DNA of 32,000 bases from Candidatus Nanoclepta minutus (GTDB lineage Archaea; Nanobdellota; Nanobdellia; Nanobdellales; Nanobdellaceae), in the NCBI GenBank assembly GCA_003568775.1, contig MWMI01000001.1, positions 150,001 through 182,000 on the forward strand. Reading direction: 5' to 3'. Positions 23,709 through 31,572 of this stretch are shown one piece after another (position 1 is the first letter of the stretch; every line of letters starts with the position of its first letter). A program made the position numbers and the translations under genes. Under the pieces are notes generated by a model, which saw only the letters and a program-made list of their open reading frames with translations, searched no databases and had not been told where the DNA came from.

Positions 23709-24335
23709 GTAATATAAACATTTATTTTTTATAATACATATATCACACCTTGGATTTATTGGTTTACAGATTTTTCTTCCAAACTTTACAAAATTGAAGT
23801 TTAATTCTCTCCAATACTTTTTATCTATTATGTTATATAGAGCTCTCTCTGTTTCTTCAAATCTCTTTGTATTAACGATTCCTATTCTATTAACTATTCT
23901 ATGTACGTTAGAGTCCACTGCTATGTAATCTCTATTGCATACTATTATTAAATAAACGTTTCTAACCTTTCTTCCAACCCCCGGAAGCTTTTGTAGGAAT
24001 TCTTCATCGCATATTTTTTTGTAATCCCATTTTTCTGCTATTTCCTTTATCCATCTAGCTTTTTGATTATTTAATCCAACCATCTTTAAAGAATTAGCTA
24101 TTTCTCCCATACTTGCCTTTTTAATATCTTCTATATCCTTGAATTTCTTGAAGAAATCTCTAACAGCTTTAATTGTAACTTCCTCTCTAGTTCTTATAGA
24201 AATGATAACTGATATGAGGACTTTGAAGGGATCTTTGAGTTCTTCCCAAACCTCTGGTGCTGCCAAATCCTCTTCAATGTTCTTTGAGTAATCTATTATT
24301 TTTTCAATTATTTCATCTATTTCGGCTTTATCCAT
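23691..24335 (-). CDS. nth: Endonuclease III (HhH-GPD DNA glycosylase/lyase with a 4Fe-4S cluster)
   Basis: HhH LPGVGRKVRNV, catalytic-region Asp, and C-terminal Cys-x6-Cys-x2-Cys-x5-Cys (CKPINPRCDICIIKNKC). Confidence 0.85.
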   Translation of the reverse strand: MDKAEIDEIIEKIIDYSKNIEEDLAAPEVWEELKDPFKVLISVIISIRTREEVTIKAVRDFFKKFKDIEDIKKASMGEIANSLKMVGLNNQKARWIKEIAEKWDYKKICDEEFLQKLPGVGRKVRNVYLIIVCNRDYIAVDSNVHRIVNRIGIVNTKRFEETERALYNIIDKKYWRELNFNFVKFGRKICKPINPRCDICIIKNKCLYYKNKEK

Positions 24336-25507
24336 ACTTCGTAACCTTCAAATACATCTTTAAGCATTTTATTCAGATCTTCTATGTTCTTAGATTCTTT
24401 CTTTACTATTTCAAGTAAGTTATCATACGTAATTCCAAAGTACTTTATTAGAAAAGCATCCGTTGGTATTCTTTCAAACAGTAAATTCCTGCTCTTTTGA
24501 AACTTCAGATTTAATCTATTTATCCTACCGTTTATATAGTCTTCCGTTATTCTTTCGTTTAGTAAGTCATCTATGGCATCGTATATTTTATTTTCCTTTT
24601 CTTTATCAAAACCGGGAACTCCAAATGTAAAGATAAAACTATCTGGATAGGTTAAAGTGTATTCTAGGAAGACATGATAGCCTATTCCATATTTATTCCT
24701 AAATATTTGGAATATTTTCGACGAAATACCACCGGATATAATACTAGATAAAGTATAGGCTTTCAAAAGGTCCTTTAAATCAAAATCTTTACTTATTGCA
24801 TAGTATATGATATCTTTAGTATCCATCTCTTCATATATATCCCTTCCTTTATCTTTTGAAGGTCTTTTCAGTTTTACATCATCCCCTTCAAGCATAGAAA
24901 AATACTTCCTTATGGTATCCATCTCTTTCTCTCCGACGTTTCCCTCAAGGATTATGAACATGTTCTTCGGACTATAGTACTTTGCCTTAAATTCCTCTAA
25001 TATATCCTTTGTTATGTTTTTTATAGTCTCTATACTCCCGCCTATACGTTCCCCATAATCTGATTCTCCAAAAACACTTTTCTGAACAAGATTATATAAC
25101 TTTTCTTCTGGATCATTATCACACCTTTCAATTTCGCTTATTATTACTTTCTTCTCATTTTCAAACTCCTCCTCAATATAACTCGAGTTTTCAAATATGG
25201 AGTAAAGTACATCAACTATCTTATTGAAACTCTCCTTTATGCACTCGAAGAAATAGAGTGTATAATGTGCAGATGTAACCGCATTCGCTAGTCCTCCATT
25301 AAGCTCCAGGCCCATATCTATTTCATGAGCTTTATACTTCTTGTTGGTCTTAAACATCATATGTTCTAGGAAGTGGGAGATCCCCCTATAATCCTTCTCT
25401 TCATAAATACTCCCTATATTTACATATATTCCAATTCCTATAGTCTTTACACCCTCAATAGGCAACGTATAAACTCTTATACCATTATCTAAGGTTTCAA
25501 CCTTCAT
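24317..25507 (-). CDS. M16-family (pitrilysin-like) zinc peptidase
   Basis: Inverted zinc motif HxxEH (SHFLEHMMF) near the N-terminus. About 400 aa, the two-lobe size of a single subunit. Confidence 0.8.
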   Translation of the reverse strand: MKVETLDNGIRVYTLPIEGVKTIGIGIYVNIGSIYEEKDYRGISHFLEHMMFKTNKKYKAHEIDMGLELNGGLANAVTSAHYTLYFFECIKESFNKIVDVLYSIFENSSYIEEEFENEKKVIISEIERCDNDPEEKLYNLVQKSVFGESDYGERIGGSIETIKNITKDILEEFKAKYYSPKNMFIILEGNVGEKEMDTIRKYFSMLEGDDVKLKRPSKDKGRDIYEEMDTKDIIYYAISKDFDLKDLLKAYTLSSIISGGISSKIFQIFRNKYGIGYHVFLEYTLTYPDSFIFTFGVPGFDKEKENKIYDAIDDLLNERITEDYINGRINRLNLKFQKSRNLLFERIPTDAFLIKYFGITYDNLLEIVKKESKNIEDLNKMLKDVFEGYEVWIKPK

Positions 25508-25528
25508 TGGAGTGAGTTATTTAAAAAT

Positions 25529-25538
25529 AATTATAAAA
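25529..25538. promoter_or_regulatory. Central A/T box (AATTATAAAA) shared by the divergent M16 peptidase and aIF5A genes
   Basis: TTATAATT (minus strand) starts 29 nt from ATG 25507. TTATAAAA (plus strand) starts 29 nt from ATG 25560. The ATGs are 53 bp apart. Confidence 0.4.
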
Positions 25539-25559
25539 TTTCATAGAACCTATATTCTT

Positions 25560-25961
25560 ATGCCAGAGATTCAAATAAAGAAGGTAATTGACCTAAAGAA
25601 AGGATCATATGTATGGTACAACAACGATGTATATGAGGTATTAGAGATAGAGACCTCTAAGACTGGTAAGCATGGATCCGCAAAGGCAAGGGTAGTAATG
25701 AGGTCTTTAACCTCAGATAAGACTGTAGAGATAGTTAAGCCAACCCAGGATCCTATAGAGGTTCCAATAGTTAAAAAGATAAAGGGACAGGTTATATCTA
25801 AGATATCTGAAGATTCTTACATGGTTATGGATTTAGAGACCTATGAAACTTTTGAGGCAAAAGTTAAGGATGAGAGTCTTAAGGGTAAAATAGAGGAAGG
25901 AAACAGAGTTATGGTATGGGATGTAGGAGAGAAGTTAATAGTCCAGGTTTTTAAAGAGTAA
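25560..25961 (+). CDS. eif5a: Translation initiation factor 5A (aIF5A)
   Basis: Hypusination loop SKTGKHGSAKARV. I moved the start from the listed GTG 25512 to ATG 25560 (MPEIQIKK...), because the extension is non-homologous and covers the promoter box. Confidence 0.9.
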   Translation: MPEIQIKKVIDLKKGSYVWYNNDVYEVLEIETSKTGKHGSAKARVVMRSLTSDKTVEIVKPTQDPIEVPIVKKIKGQVISKISEDSYMVMDLETYETFEAKVKDESLKGKIEEGNRVMVWDVGEKLIVQVFKE

Positions 25962-26844
25962 CTTTTTTACTTATTTCATCAGCCAGCCTTATCGGTTCTG
26001 GATATCTTCCCCTTATCCAGAATTTTTCTGAAAGCTGTTTACTTGTATCTAACGATACCCTATAACCTGGGGATACATAAACTTCTCTTCCAAACTTCCT
26101 TATAACGTATCCCAGAATCTCTCCAGTTTTTTCATCCACTATCTTATCATCAACGAGCTTTCCATACAGTAAGGACTTTGTTATTCCTATAGTTGGAATG
26201 TTTAGTTTGTATCCCACCCAGGTAGCTAGACCTACTCTTACAGGATGCGCAATTCCAACTCCATTAACGAATAGAACATCGATCTCTTCATCAATCCTAT
26301 CGAAGGTTTTAATTATAGGTTCACCTTCCCTAAACGCTAGAAAGGATGGAATATAGGGAAAATTTACCTTTTCTATAAATACATATTTTTTCTTTATAGA
26401 TAGATTCTTATCAAGTACTACATATACAACTTTTGCAGAGTCCTCCTTATAGCCTAAGTCAACACCCCCTATACTTTCTAATTTATCAAAATCATCATAT
26501 AGAATTAAGTTTTTCGTTACTTCCATCTGAATCCTTCTCAATTTTTCTAGTGGTTTATCCTTTATATTAAAATCTTTAAATAAGTATCTTTCTAATCCAA
26601 CTATTTCATCTCCCTTTATTTCTATCCCCTCCTCTTTCAAAATCTTCTTTTGTATAGGATCCTTTATTATCCCCCTTTCGCTTACTACCCTCCACCATGG
26701 ACCTTCTATCTTTCTGTAGTTCTGTAGTACGAACTTTATAGCATATCTACTACCCAAGGCCTCTGCTAATACCTTAAAAGTTGTAACTTTACCTTTAGGG
26801 ATTGAGCATATTAGTTCTCCTAAAACCCTGTTGATATCAATCAT
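25951..26844 (-). CDS. nfi: Fusion protein: N-terminal alkyltransferase-like (ATL/MGMT DNA-binding) domain plus C-terminal endonuclease V domain
   Basis: aa 1-85: IPKGKVTTF...GPWWRVV (PCHRV with Cys replaced by Trp, as in ATL proteins). aa 95-297: GGVDLGY, FPYIPSFLAFREGEP, IGITKS, YPEPIRLAD of EndoV. Confidence 0.8.
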   Translation of the reverse strand: MIDINRVLGELICSIPKGKVTTFKVLAEALGSRYAIKFVLQNYRKIEGPWWRVVSERGIIKDPIQKKILKEEGIEIKGDEIVGLERYLFKDFNIKDKPLEKLRRIQMEVTKNLILYDDFDKLESIGGVDLGYKEDSAKVVYVVLDKNLSIKKKYVFIEKVNFPYIPSFLAFREGEPIIKTFDRIDEEIDVLFVNGVGIAHPVRVGLATWVGYKLNIPTIGITKSLLYGKLVDDKIVDEKTGEILGYVIRKFGREVYVSPGYRVSLDTSKQLSEKFWIRGRYPEPIRLADEISKKVTL

Positions 26845-26871
26845 TTTAAAGCTTATTGTATAAAAATTTAA

Positions 26872-27120
26872 ATGAAGGATTGGGTCTTAGAAATTTTAGT
26901 AGGTATATTGTTAGCTCTAGCTGGAATAGCTGGTATATGGTATTGGCTGAATGAAGTAGTCATCTTTATAAAGGGAGCCATAGGACCTCTATTAGCAATC
27001 GTTGGTGTCCTTCTAATATGGATAGGTTATGAGGATAAGAAATTAGAGAAGGAATTAGCAGAAATAGAGAAGGAATTAGAGAAAGAGGAAAAAACTGAGG
27101 AAAAAAAGGAGGAAAAATAG
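26872..27120 (+). CDS. Small membrane protein with an E/K-rich C-terminal tail
   Basis: Two hydrophobic helices followed by LEKELAEIEKELEKEEKTEEKKEEK. TTTTAAAG box 28 nt upstream. Confidence 0.5.
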   Translation: MKDWVLEILVGILLALAGIAGIWYWLNEVVIFIKGAIGPLLAIVGVLLIWIGYEDKKLEKELAEIEKELEKEEKTEEKKEEK

Positions 27121-27132
27121 TTAAGAGGCGTT

Positions 27133-27672
27133 ATGGCAAAATCTTTTTATTTTTATATTTCTAGGCTTTGGAAGAAGAAGTGGAAGGATGAAGCTCTATC
27201 TAGGTTATGGAAGGAAAGGATTAAGGAGTGGAAGGAACAACCTTCCGTATTTAGAATAGAGAGACCTACGAGGTTGGATAGGGCAAGAAAGTTGGGATGG
27301 AAACCTATAAGGGGGATAGTCTTAGTTAGAGTAAGAGTAAAGAAGGGATGGAGGAAGAGAAAAGATTTTCCAAGAAGCAGAAAGACTAAGAACTACAGGT
27401 TCTATAGATCTCTGGAAATACCTTTGCAGGTAATAGCAGAACAAAGGGCTCAGAGGAAGTATCCTAATTTGGAAGTATCGAACTCTTATTATGTTGGGGA
27501 GGATGGTGTATATGAGTGGTATGAGGTAATAATGATAGATCCAAACGAGCCTTCTATACTTTCTAGAGAAGAATATGCCTGGATATCTACAAAGAAACAT
27601 AGAAAAAGAGCTCTTAGGGGTTTAACTCCTAGAAATAAGAGAAGATTAGAAGAAGCAAGAAATAATAGATAA
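27133..27672 (+). CDS. rpl15e: 50S ribosomal protein L15e (eL15)
   Basis: Typical N-terminus MAKSFYFYISRLWKKK and a very basic 179-aa protein. GAGG lies 5 nt upstream of the ATG and there is no -29 box. Confidence 0.9.
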   Translation: MAKSFYFYISRLWKKKWKDEALSRLWKERIKEWKEQPSVFRIERPTRLDRARKLGWKPIRGIVLVRVRVKKGWRKRKDFPRSRKTKNYRFYRSLEIPLQVIAEQRAQRKYPNLEVSNSYYVGEDGVYEWYEVIMIDPNEPSILSREEYAWISTKKHRKRALRGLTPRNKRRLEEARNNR

Positions 27673-27679
27673 TTTTTTT

Positions 27680-28351
27680 ATGTTTAAGATAACAAAATTA
27701 AATGCTTGGATAGAAGATAAGAGGATTTTGGAGGATATAAATTTGGAAGTAAGGCCAGGTGAAATCGTTTTGATAGCAGGACCAAACGGTTCCGGTAAAA
27801 CTACACTAGCAAGGGCAATATTAAACGATCCCAAGATAAAGAAGGAGGGGAAGATAATACTAGGGGAGAAGGATATAACGAACCTACCTACACATGAAAT
27901 ATCTAAGTACATATATCTAGCTTTCCAGTATCCTCCAGATATAGAGTTCTTATTAACTAAGGACTTCTTGAAGGAGATGGGTATATCTGATGAAATTTAT
28001 AGCTTATTTGATTACTTATCTCTACCCAAAGATATTTTAGATAGAGGCCTGCTTACTGGTTTTTCTGGTGGAGAAAGGAAGAAGTTTGAGATCCTTTTAT
28101 CTTTATTGAAGGATTATAATGTTTATATATTCGATGAACCGGATTCGGGCTTAGATTCAGAGTCAATATCTAAGTTATCTAAGATCTTAGTTGATCTAAA
28201 GAATAAAGGAAAATGTATAATTGTTATATCTCATATCTCAAGGTTATTTATAGACATAAAGCCAGACAGAGTTTATATAATTGAGAGGGGTAGAATAAAA
28301 AAGGTAGGTGGATATGAACTTCTGAAGGATGTAGAGAAATATGAAGTATGA
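27680..28351 (+). CDS. sufC: Fe-S cluster assembly ATPase SufC
   Basis: Walker A GPNGSGKTT, ABC signature FSGGERKK, Walker B YIFDEPDSGLD, H-loop ISH. Confidence 0.9.
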   Translation: MFKITKLNAWIEDKRILEDINLEVRPGEIVLIAGPNGSGKTTLARAILNDPKIKKEGKIILGEKDITNLPTHEISKYIYLAFQYPPDIEFLLTKDFLKEMGISDEIYSLFDYLSLPKDILDRGLLTGFSGGERKKFEILLSLLKDYNVYIFDEPDSGLDSESISKLSKILVDLKNKGKCIIVISHISRLFIDIKPDRVYIIERGRIKKVGGYELLKDVEKYEV

Positions 28352-29690
28352 AAGGGTTTTAAGGGGAGATTTAAACGAAGATTTAATAGGTAAGATACAT
28401 TCTATATTGGAAGAGCCTGAATGGTTGTTAGAATATAGGTTAAAGGGTTTGGAATACTTTAAAAAATTGAGAAATCCGGATTGGGGGCCTAACTTATCCG
28501 AAATAGATTTTAAGAAAATAGCCTATTTTGCTTCACCTTTGATCGTCCCAAGACCTGTTAGATGGGAAGAACTACCAGAGTTCATTAAGGAAGTCTATAT
28601 CAAACTAGGGTTAACTAAGGAGTATGTAGAAAGATATTTGGGTGGTGCAGTCCTTCAGTTCGATTCTTCACCAGTATTTAAAAAGGTTAGAGAATATTTG
28701 GAGAGTTTGGGTGTAATATTCATGCCTTTATCTGAAGCAGTAAAGGATTATTCAGGTTTAATTAAAAAGTACTTTTCAAAAATAGTTTCATATTCAGATA
28801 ACAAGTATGCTGCTCTAAATACAGCCGTTTGGTCAGGTGGAATCTTCATTTATGTTCCAAAAAACGTTAAAGTAGATATCCCATTACATGCTTATTTTAG
28901 GATAAACCTCGAGAACGTTGGACAGTTTGAGAGGACCCTGATAGTTGTTGAGGAAAACAGTGAGGTTACTTATGTTGAAGGATGTTCAGCCCCAATACTA
29001 TCTGCTTCTCCATTGCATGCAGCAGTTGTAGAAGCATATGTACATAAGAACGCGAAGGTAAACTATATAACCTTACAGAACTGGTCAAAAAACGTCTATA
29101 ACTTGCCAACGAAGAGAGCTTTCGTTGAAGAAGGAGGAAAGATCAATTGGATATCTGTTGAATTAGGAGGAAAAGTTAGTATGCTCTATCCTTCTGCAAT
29201 ATTGAAAGATAATGCAGTTGCAGAGATATATGGAATTTCTTTTGCAAAGAAAAATCAGATATTTGATACTGGTGGAAAATTATATTTAAATGGTAAAAAC
29301 GCGAGGGGAATAATAAACTCTATAGGTATTGTAATGGATGAAGGCTCTAAAGTAACTCATAGAATAGATGTTTTTATAAATAAGGGAAGTAAGAACTCAA
29401 AGGTATTTAGTAGTTGTAGATCCTTATTAATAAATGGAGAAACTGAAAGTTTCCCAAGGTTTCATGTTGAGGAAGAGGATTCTTACTATAATAATGAAAG
29501 TAAAACGGATATATTGGATGAAGAAAGGTTCTTCTATTTAGAAGCTAGAGGTTTTGATAGGAGTAGGGCATTGAGGATGGCTGTGTTAGGGTATTTTGAG
29601 GACCTTCTAGATAAGGTACCGGATATATATAAGCTTGAGATAAAAAGGGTTGTTGAAGTTGATATAGAGAAATATGGATCAGTTGGTTGA
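28341..29690 (+). CDS. sufB: Fe-S cluster assembly scaffold SufB
   Basis: 449 aa with SufB-type beta-helix core (VWSGGIFIYVPKNVKV..., EGCSAP) and C-terminal FYLEARGFDRSRA. Overlaps sufC by 11 nt. Confidence 0.9.
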   Translation: MKYERVLRGDLNEDLIGKIHSILEEPEWLLEYRLKGLEYFKKLRNPDWGPNLSEIDFKKIAYFASPLIVPRPVRWEELPEFIKEVYIKLGLTKEYVERYLGGAVLQFDSSPVFKKVREYLESLGVIFMPLSEAVKDYSGLIKKYFSKIVSYSDNKYAALNTAVWSGGIFIYVPKNVKVDIPLHAYFRINLENVGQFERTLIVVEENSEVTYVEGCSAPILSASPLHAAVVEAYVHKNAKVNYITLQNWSKNVYNLPTKRAFVEEGGKINWISVELGGKVSMLYPSAILKDNAVAEIYGISFAKKNQIFDTGGKLYLNGKNARGIINSIGIVMDEGSKVTHRIDVFINKGSKNSKVFSSCRSLLINGETESFPRFHVEEEDSYYNNESKTDILDEERFFYLEARGFDRSRALRMAVLGYFEDLLDKVPDIYKLEIKRVVEVDIEKYGSVG

Positions 29691-30279
29691 GTTCTTTAGG
29701 AATTATTTTCCTAAGTCCTTTGATGGTTATCCAATAAAAAGGATCGATCTATCAGTAGTAGATAATAAAGTGAATTTAGATGTTAGTAGTAATTCAATTA
29801 ATATCTTCAATATCAAGCTCTCTGGAAGATCAAATATTATAATGAGCTTAAATGACCTTAAAAAATCCTTAATTTATTTGGATTTAGAGGTTATCGAAGG
29901 ATCGGAAGCCTCATTTATTGTATATGGGAAGGTTTCATCCGATATATACCTTGGGATAAGCTCTAGTTTAAGCAAGGAATCTAAATTAAGTATAGAGGAG
30001 AAGCTCTATATAGAAGGAAAGATGGTAAACATAGCTAAAATAATAATACCAAAAGGTTCGGTTGGGTCTTATGCGGTTCTAGATCAAAAGATAGTTAGCT
30101 ATGGGGAAAGTTTATTTATAAATTTACCTATTTTAATTATAAAAGAACCAAAATGCAAAGCTGAACATTTATCTAAGAAGATAAGGTTAGATGAAGACCA
30201 GTTGTTCTATTTAAAATCCAAAGGGATGTCCGATGACGGCATTAAAAAAGTTTTAGAGAGGTATTTTACAACATTATAG
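29674..30279 (+). CDS. sufD: SufD-like protein (short, SufB/SufD family C-terminal core only)
   Basis: C-terminal [27 protein letters not shown] matches the SufB/D family end. At 201 aa it is about half the usual SufD length. Overlaps sufB by 17 nt. Confidence 0.6.
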   Translation: MDQLVEFFRNYFPKSFDGYPIKRIDLSVVDNKVNLDVSSNSINIFNIKLSGRSNIIMSLNDLKKSLIYLDLEVIEGSEASFIVYGKVSSDIYLGISSSLSKESKLSIEEKLYIEGKMVNIAKIIIPKGSVGSYAVLDQKIVSYGESLFINLPILIIKEPKCKAEHLSKKIRLDEDQLFYLKSKGMSDDGIKKVLERYFTTL

Positions 30280-30284
30280 TAAAA

Positions 30285-30292
30285 TTTTATAA
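30285..30292 (+). promoter_or_regulatory. TATA box (TTTTATAA) 30 nt upstream of the radA ATG
   Basis: Matches the -29 (+/-1) geometry. Confidence 0.45.
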
Positions 30293-30314
30293 CGTTCTAT
30301 TACAGATTAAAGAT

Positions 30315-31289
30315 ATGTCTAACGAGAAGGTTCCTACCAACTTGGAGGATTTACCAGGTGTTGGTCCAAAGACGGCTAAGAAGTTGAGAGAAGTTGGTAT
30401 ATATTCTATTCAGGATTTGGCAATGTCTTCCGTTCATGAACTAGTTGAAAAGGTAGGGTTAGGTGAAGAAACTGCAAAGAAATTGATAGAAATGGCTGAA
30501 GAGATGATTGGAAAGGGCCTTTCTACAGCATACGATTTCTATCAGGCCAGAAAGAATGTTGAAAAGATCACTACAGGTTCTCATGCTTTAGATGATCTAT
30601 TAGGTGGAGGTATAGAAACACAAGCATTAATCGAATGTTTTGGTGAATTCGGAAGTGGAAAGACTCAGTTAGGACATCAGCTAGCCGTTAACGTTCAATT
30701 ACCTAAAGAAATGGGAGGATTAGCAACTCCCGATAGCCCCGTAAAGGCTGTTTATATTGATACGGAAGGTACTTTTAGACCGGAGAGGATAGAACAGATG
30801 GCTAAGGCTCTAAACTTGAATCCCGAAGAGACACTGAAAAACATATTTTATATTAAAGTATTTAATACTGATTATCAAGTTAGGGTTGTTAGGAAGATCC
30901 CGCATTTGATTCATGAGGGACATAACATAAGGCTAATCGTTATAGATTCTATCACGGCTCATTTTAGAGCAGAATATGTTGGAAGAGGGGTTTTAGCTGA
31001 AAGACAGCAGAAGTTAAACCAACACTTAAGGGATCTATTGAAGATAGCTAGTATATATAATGTTGCGGTTTATGTAACCAATCAAGTAATGGCAAAACCT
31101 GAAGGATTCTTTGGTTTAGACTTAGTTCAGGCAGTTGGAGGACATGTACTGGCACACGCGATAACTTATAGGATATTCCTTAGGAAAGGTAAGGAGAAGA
31201 CTAGGATTGCTAGGTTAATAGATGCGCCTCATTTACCGGAGAGGGAAGCAATATTTAGGATAAGTGATGAAGGAATAAGAGACGTATAA
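30315..31289 (+). CDS. radA: DNA repair and recombination protein RadA
   Basis: N-terminal Hh[16 protein letters not shown], Walker [10 protein letters not shown] and Walker B LIVIDS. 324 aa. Confidence 0.95.
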   Translation: MSNEKVPTNLEDLPGVGPKTAKKLREVGIYSIQDLAMSSVHELVEKVGLGEETAKKLIEMAEEMIGKGLSTAYDFYQARKNVEKITTGSHALDDLLGGGIETQALIECFGEFGSGKTQLGHQLAVNVQLPKEMGGLATPDSPVKAVYIDTEGTFRPERIEQMAKALNLNPEETLKNIFYIKVFNTDYQVRVVRKIPHLIHEGHNIRLIVIDSITAHFRAEYVGRGVLAERQQKLNQHLRDLLKIASIYNVAVYVTNQVMAKPEGFFGLDLVQAVGGHVLAHAITYRIFLRKGKEKTRIARLIDAPHLPEREAIFRISDEGIRDV

Positions 31290-31290
31290 T

Positions 31291-31298
31291 TTTTATAA
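31291..31298 (+). promoter_or_regulatory. TATA box (TTTTATAA) 29 nt upstream of the PRC-barrel gene ATG
   Basis: Matches the -29 geometry. Confidence 0.45.
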
Positions 31299-31319
31299 GT
31301 CAAAGCTCAATATAAAGGA

Positions 31320-31571
31320 ATGGAGAGGGTAGAGGCATCATCTCTATATGAAAGACCAGTGGTTACTGATAAAGGAAGAAGGCTAGGATTGATCGCAGAT
31401 TTCTTGTTTGACGAAAGGACGGGAGAGATAGTGCATATCATATTAAAGAATCCTACAGAAAATGCTGTAAAGTTAGGTTTAGAGAAGACTAAGGATGGAT
31501 ATTTAGTTCCGTTTTCCTCTGTAAAGGCTATTGGGGATTTTGTAGTTGTATCAGAGGAGGATTTGGTCTAG
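31320..31571 (+). CDS. PRC-barrel domain protein
   Basis: 83 aa. The pattern VVTDKGRRLGLIADFLFDERTGEIVHIIL...VPFSSVKAIGDFVVV is typical of stand-alone archaeal PRC barrels. Confidence 0.55.
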   Translation: MERVEASSLYERPVVTDKGRRLGLIADFLFDERTGEIVHIILKNPTENAVKLGLEKTKDGYLVPFSSVKAIGDFVVVSEEDLV

Positions 31572-31572
31572 T

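Noticed and set aside
989-27912. Fifteen short ORFs in the supplied track that lie antisense to, or nested within, longer genes: 989-1177, 3103-3342, 5496-5684, 6325-6609, 8031-8225, 8662-8844, 9163-9378, 10852-11043, 13225-13407, 13729-13989, 14676-15029, 17259-17486, 22632-23030, 27322-27600 and 27646-27912.
   Set aside because: Each is fully covered by a longer ORF on the other strand or in another frame that has clear family motifs. Their translations are low-complexity (F/L/I/S-rich), which is typical of the reverse complement of K/E-rich genes. None has a -29 box.
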